A stretch of DNA of 14,364 nt. Origin: Chlorokybus atmophyticus. Lineage: Eukaryota; Plantae; Mesostigma and Chlorokybus algae. The notes under the pieces were generated by a model. The model saw only the letters and a list, made by a program, of their open reading frames with translations, had not been told where the DNA came from and made no database searches. This document shows, piece by piece, positions 9,828 to 14,364 of this stretch (position 1 is the first letter of the stretch; the number at the start of each line of letters is the position of its first letter). The DNA is taken from the NCBI GenBank assembly GCA_009103225.1, contig RHPI01003785.1, positions 2,687 to 17,050 of the forward strand, read 5' to 3'. Position numbers and translations under genes: made by a program.

Positions 9828-10303
9828 TGTAACAATTGGGGCCCAACCACTAGGCTATGGTAGTAAAAGACACTACCATAAGTGAGGTCTGTCACAATTT
9901 AACCCATGAGTTCCTCATAATCTAATGAGACACTAGCCCACGTCGCCGTATTGCGGCCGTACCACGATCGGTCTGCCCGCGGCCTGTTAGATCCGGCCCA
10001 TGAACGGTCCTGACCAACCGAACGGCCATCCTCACCGCGCGACTTGACCATTGCAGCGCGACCGCTCATGCGGCCTTAGGTTGAACTGGCTCGGCGAGCA
10101 GGTTGTGATCCCGCGCCCAGCCTAGGGCAAGCCGTCCCAAATGTTTTTGTTTGCCTTGGATCTGCCTCAGTCCCCTACGGGAATTGAACCTGAGACGTTA
10201 AGCTCCGATACCATTGTAACAATTGGGGCCCGACCACTAGGCTATGGTAGTAAAAGACACTACCATGAGTGAGGTTTGTCACAATTTATCCCAATTCGTG
10301 ACA
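9828..10303 (-). mobile_element. TRIM-like miniature non-autonomous LTR retrotransposon (476 bp)
   Basis: Direct repeats 9828-9906 and 10215-10293 (79 bp, 4 mismatches); outer ends TGT...ACA; PBS TGGTATCGGAGC on the minus strand (10202-10213); flanks CCAGA/CCTGA (5-bp TSD, 1 mismatch). No internal ORF and no clear PPT. Confidence 0.8.
10202..10213 (-). promoter_or_regulatory. Primer-binding site (tRNA-iMet type) of the TRIM
   Basis: TGGTATCGGAGC, 1 nt after the LTR end GTTACA. The canonical plant PBS is TGGTATCAGAGC. Confidence 0.85.
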
Positions 10304-11073
10304 CCTGAGCAAGGATGCAACATGGGCTTGGATATAACATGGGCTATGATGCAACATGGCAGCAACAGCAAACTCCCCAACACGGGAGACAACCACTGCC
10401 AACACTGAGCCCCCCTTGTAGCTGATAGTTGTAGCTGCAAGTAAACACCATTACCTGTATACGAGAACCACCAGAACTCATGTGCAATACACTCTTTGGC
10501 CTTGCAATGGTTGTCCGCACGCCCACACTCACCACCCCACCGTCACCCTCACCCACACACCCACATCCTACTCTAGCACTTGTGCATGCTAATACATGCT
10601 CACAGCATGCTACTACGACTGCTGCAACAACCCACGCACTCTCAAACACCCCCGCAATGTCAAACCATACCTTCCCACCTTATAAATGCTTACGCGTTAA
10701 GCCATCAAGGGTGGCAGCCTAACTCTTGCATAAGTCTATCATTGTGCGTGAAAGTTTGATAGAAGCTGCATCTACTCATACATAACCCGTTGCAAAAGAC
10801 CGCATGCCAAACAAGTAAGTAGGTAAAAAGTTATAGCTGCTAGGAGGTACAGAAGATTTTTACAACAATTGGCGCTTTAAGGTAGCCATTCAAAATTGTG
10901 TAGGCAGCGCATTACTGCGCCAAACGCGCAGTTTCAAGTTCAACGCGTCCGTTTAGGTGCGCTATACAAGCTGACATCTTTCTGGCGCCATCCCAGCTCG
11001 GATGACGTAGTTATTAACAAAAACATGCTGTGGCCGAAATTAGGGTACGCGCCGAAATTAGGTACACTTACCC

Positions 11074-11161
11074 TACTTTGGATTGTCGGCCCCGATACCA
11101 AATGTTACGACAAGGATCCGGCCATCTAAGCCATGAAAGACCATGGTAGGAATTATGGCTA
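11074..11161 (-). mobile_element. Fragment of host short-LTR retroelement: PBS (11089-11100) and inner part of the 5' LTR (11103-11161)
   Basis: The minus strand reads ...GTCGTAACA-TT-TGGTATCGGGGC. The LTR continues beyond element C at 14093-14137, and the internal region continues beyond element B at 5664-5727. Confidence 0.75.
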
Positions 11162-11451
11162 CCGTATTTACCCCATTAGAGTTCCCCCCCTGCAAAATCA
11201 AGGGGGGAACTGTATTTGTGTGATAGAATCCCCCCACCATTCAGTGTTCTCCTTAAAGGGAACTGTATTGCATGTATGCCTGCCTACCGTGCGTGAGTAT
11301 CTGCATAACTGCCTGCCGTTTGTGCATGGTGTGTGCGTGCTGCACAATGGTTGGCGCCTTGATTGTGCCATGTCAATGCGCGCATGCATGCGAATGTGAA
11401 CGATAACAGACTCATGCATCAAGTCTCATAGAAGGCTCATGCAATAGAGAC

Positions 11452-13807
11452 TCACGCATCACTAGCATCGCTGATCTCGCTATCTGATACAAGGTTGATG
11501 CGCTCAGCGGTAGCGCGAGCGTTGCGCTCATCATGTGCGTGCAGCTCAGCTAGCTCCTGCAGCATGCGCTCCTCCTGCTCTTCAAGGGGTAGCTCATCAA
11601 TGTTCATGATGTCGTCGACATCATCGCGTTCAATAACCTCAGGCGCCCAATCTGCCTCGCACACACCTGCTTTTTGGAAAGCGTTAACAATATTGTGAAC
11701 AGACAACTCCTCCCAACACTGCTGCACCCATGTGCACAACGCACATGCGGCACGTTGACCAGTCAACATGCCGCATGTGGCCACCCGCCGGATATGAGTG
11801 GTTGGCTGGATCAGCCATCCACAGAGCCCATTGAGCACATACGCAGTCAGAGTCAGCATCACTAGTAAGCAGGGTAGTTGTTGCTACCGCACATTGTTAA
11901 CAATGCTCACCTTCGCACGCAGCATATCCTTGAAAGGTTTGTTGACGCCAACATCAAGCGGCTGCAAAATGGGAGTGCACCCACCAGGGATGACTGCTTG
12001 ATCGACAGAGATGGCGCTGAGGCGTTCCTTCACAGAGTCACACCTGCATGATTGCAACATCAACACATGCATGCAATGGCAGCAACAGAACTAATGTGGA
12101 TGTGCGTGGCATGCACATGACGTGCATGAAGCTATCAAACCAAACGTGTGTGCTGAAAACGAGTCCCAGATCAGCAATGCTCGTTTACCAAACACTCGCT
12201 TCGGCCTCTTCCGCATCACCGCATTTACCCATTCCACCGTATAGGCTCGTCCATCCATCCCTTCTCGTTAGCCCATACAACTATCCCATGCGGCACCACC
12301 AAGTCGTTGGGGATAGTTTTGCGCTTGAGAATAATAACAGGTGGTAGCTTTGTGCCGTCCAAAGCACACGCTATCACCACCGTCACATTCTTCTTCTCAC
12401 TTCCTGCCAATGTGCAGACTCGCATTCAGCATTGCCAACACAGCTTTCGTTGACACATGTGCATGCTTACCAGTCGTGCGCATGGTCACGGTTCGGCTGC
12501 CTTGCTAATTGACTGTCCGACCAGCCGCCATATCCACTGTCACGGGTACCTCATCCATGTTGACAATGTGACTGGAGGTATATCTGTGACGCTCTTTCAT
12601 CAATGTGATGTAGATGCGATGCCCCTCAACTTTCTCGGCAACATCATGAGGCAGTTCCCGCCCCACCTTCGTATGGCGACGCACGGTGAGATCATGGCGT
12701 GCCATGAAACGCACGACCCAATTCAAGGACACCTTTAAGGTCCAAATGTTCGCATCGTCATCGGAGCATTCATTGTGCTCCACAATCAAGTGTTGGGCCT
12801 GCAACTGCACAAGCAAACAACATGATCATGCGCATGCACATTGACTGCCGCATGCCATATACACATGCACGCTAATTGGGTCATGCCACACTCGCAACAG
12901 CTGATGGTAAATACTCTGATCATGGCTTGGGTGACTCTAAGCCCGCGAGAACGTCGATCTACAATGTAAACATACACCACAGCATCCAGCTCGGGATAAG
13001 CAACCCCCTTGCCACCACCCTTCAGTCTGCAGTCGCTAGCACATGCAGCCATTATCTCCAACTCTTGGCGAAGCCACTTTCGCAGAGATAGAGCATGGAC
13101 GCCATGCTCCCTCTCCGTCTTCTTAATGCCTATATGCTTTGCTATTTGAATGAACTTGCGCAGTGGAGTTAAACAGCAACTAGTTAGCAGCAAACACGGC
13201 AACAACACAACAGCTAATCAGCAGCAACAATGACGATAAAGACACGCACACACACATTGCTGACAACACACAACGACACGATGCACACAGACAATAACGA
13301 CAACAATACCGTGCAACACACGCACACAGCAACAACACCAACACAGCAACAACACGATGCAACACACGCACACATCAACAACACCAACACAGCAACAACA
13401 CAATGCAGCACACGCACACAGCAACAACATTAACACAACAACAACACAATGCAGCACACGCACACAGCAACAACACGACACACAGATGCACATGCACGCA
13501 CTGCAACGATACGCGCACACACACACACATTGCTGACTAATTGACACACCTTTTGATGGATGCTGAAGGCTCGGCGCTTGTACCGCCGACCTTCACCGTT
13601 GGTGCGGCGGGTTGCGTGCACACGTTTCCCAATGCCAGTTGGACGGTGGCCTCCAGCGTCTCGCTGCTCCTCTACTGCGACGTTTGCTGCAGCCTCGCGT
13701 GCCCTTGCAGCTGCTTCAGCTGCAATCTTTGCCACCTCCTCCGCATCGTCGGCCTGCCTCCTCAATCGATGCTGAGCAGCCAGCCTGGCTGCCGCCGCTC
13801 CCACCAT
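11452..13807 (-). pseudogene. Transposase C: Brinker-type DNA-binding domain, HTH_Tnp_Tc5, DDE_1 (DD35D), acidic tail; spliced and decayed
   Basis: RRAFSIHQK|..RKFIQIAKHIGIKKTEREHGV...LRKW (BrkDBD); YPELDAVVYVYIVDRRSRGLRV...NWVVRFMARH (Tc5); NMDEVP, LIWDSFSAH and LQPLDVGVNKPFK as catalytic motifs. Stop at 12505, a frameshift near 12240, several GT-AG introns, and a terminal TGA at 11452. Confidence 0.93.
13195..13535. repeat. Compound CA/CAA-rich degenerate tandem repeat in the first intron of transposase C
   Basis: Recurrent units such as CAACACAATGCAGCACACGCACACAGCAACAAC; ACACACACATTGCTGAC occurs near both 13250 and 13520. Confidence 0.85.
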
Positions 13808-14090
13808 CACCCCGCCGTCAACTACGTCGGCTACCTCGCCGCCGCCGCCGCCTATGCTCTGTTTGCTTCAAGTTTGGCGGGAAGTCCGTGTGAAAGCAAG
13901 CGCGGGGGGTCGCTGATATCGTTGTCTTCGGCTGCGAGACGGCGATGTGAGCGGCATCCCTGCTACAAAATAGAGTTCCCCTATACAAATAGAGTTCCCC
14001 CCTGCATAGAGTTCCCCCTGGCAAAATCTGCAGATTTTGCCAGCTGGGGAACTGTATAGAAAGGGGGGAACTCCAATGGGGTACATACGG

Positions 14091-14137
14091 TATTACTATT
14101 CTTATGTATTACGCCCAGCTCTCTGGTTGCCGTAACA
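14091..14137 (-). mobile_element. Outer part of the same 5' LTR (reconstructed length 104 bp)
   Basis: It ends CGTAACA (14131-14137), a perfect 7-bp inverted repeat of TGTTACG at 11103, and is joined through the TA duplication of element C. Confidence 0.7.
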
Positions 14138-14364
14138 CTGGCTAAGTAGGACTTAATTATTTTTGAGTTGGACTTTGTGAACAGGCTGATAGCTGGTAGC
14201 TGCGGGGCAACGACCACTGACCTTGAGGTTCGCACGGCAAGTCTTGCGTTATGTAGATATTTACTGGTGGTTGCTCTACCACACGGCGCCTGCAGCAGAA
14301 TCCGTTCTCGGCACAAGCCAGTTGTGCCGTCAGCGGCACCTGCCTTCGAGTTCTGCGAACAGTT

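Larger units (their letters stand above)
5728..11073 (-). mobile_element. pogo/Fot-like DNA transposon B with both TIRs and TA target duplication
   Basis: Left end TA|GGGTAAGTGTCCCTAATTTCGGC (5728-5750) and right end GCCGAAATTAGGTACACTTACCC|TA (11051-11073) form a 23-bp inverted repeat with 1 mismatch. Extra binding-site copies lie at 5935-5947 and 11033-11044. Confidence 0.93.
11162..14090 (-). mobile_element. pogo DNA transposon C (POGK/Passer-like), both TIRs, TA target duplication, 2929 bp
   Basis: Left end TA|CCGTATTTACCCCATTAGAGTTCCCCCC versus right-end reverse complement TA|CCGTATGTACCCCATTGGAGTTCCCCCC (27 bp, 2 mismatches). Subterminal AGAGTTCCCC/GGGGAACT repeats occur at both ends. 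Confidence 0.95.

Noticed and set aside
9828-10293. CRISPR-like reading of the direct repeats and palindromes
   Set aside because: There are only two copies, with a PBS and TSD in a eukaryotic context, and no regular repeat-spacer period anywhere in the window.
13180-13547. Cys/Val- and Thr/Gln-rich ORFs
   Set aside because: They are translations of the intronic CA/CAA repeat.
14138-14364. Possible coding sequence at the window end
   Set aside because: The ORFs are short, with no recognisable motif or splice support.

Overview
Eukaryotic, intron-containing, transposon-dense window. The tRNA-iMet primer-binding sites and short GT-AG introns fit a green alga or plant, but the species cannot be determined from the sequence. 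There is an 856-N assembly gap at 6042-6897, and no intact gene is present. Left part: an array of short palindromes (1-578), then a decayed spliced + strand gene (~581-3443). Its conceptual protein looks like a beta-class DNA amino-methyltransferase (N6/N4-type fold, motif IV reads DIEF instead of DPPY), followed by a helical/acidic region and a PHD-like zinc finger. Right part: a nest of elements that can be reconstructed by hand. Three pogo-superfamily DDE transposons, all on the minus strand, sit in TA sites spaced 62 and 86 bp apart in the 5' LTR/PBS region of a short-LTR retroelement. A is Fot-like and truncated (~3875-5663), B is Fot-like with both TIRs (5728-11073), and C is POGK/Passer-like with both TIRs (11162-14090). 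Element B itself carries a 1229-bp solo LTR (7736-8964) and a 476-bp TRIM-like mini retroelement (9828-10303). All protein family calls come from manual motif recognition; no search was run.
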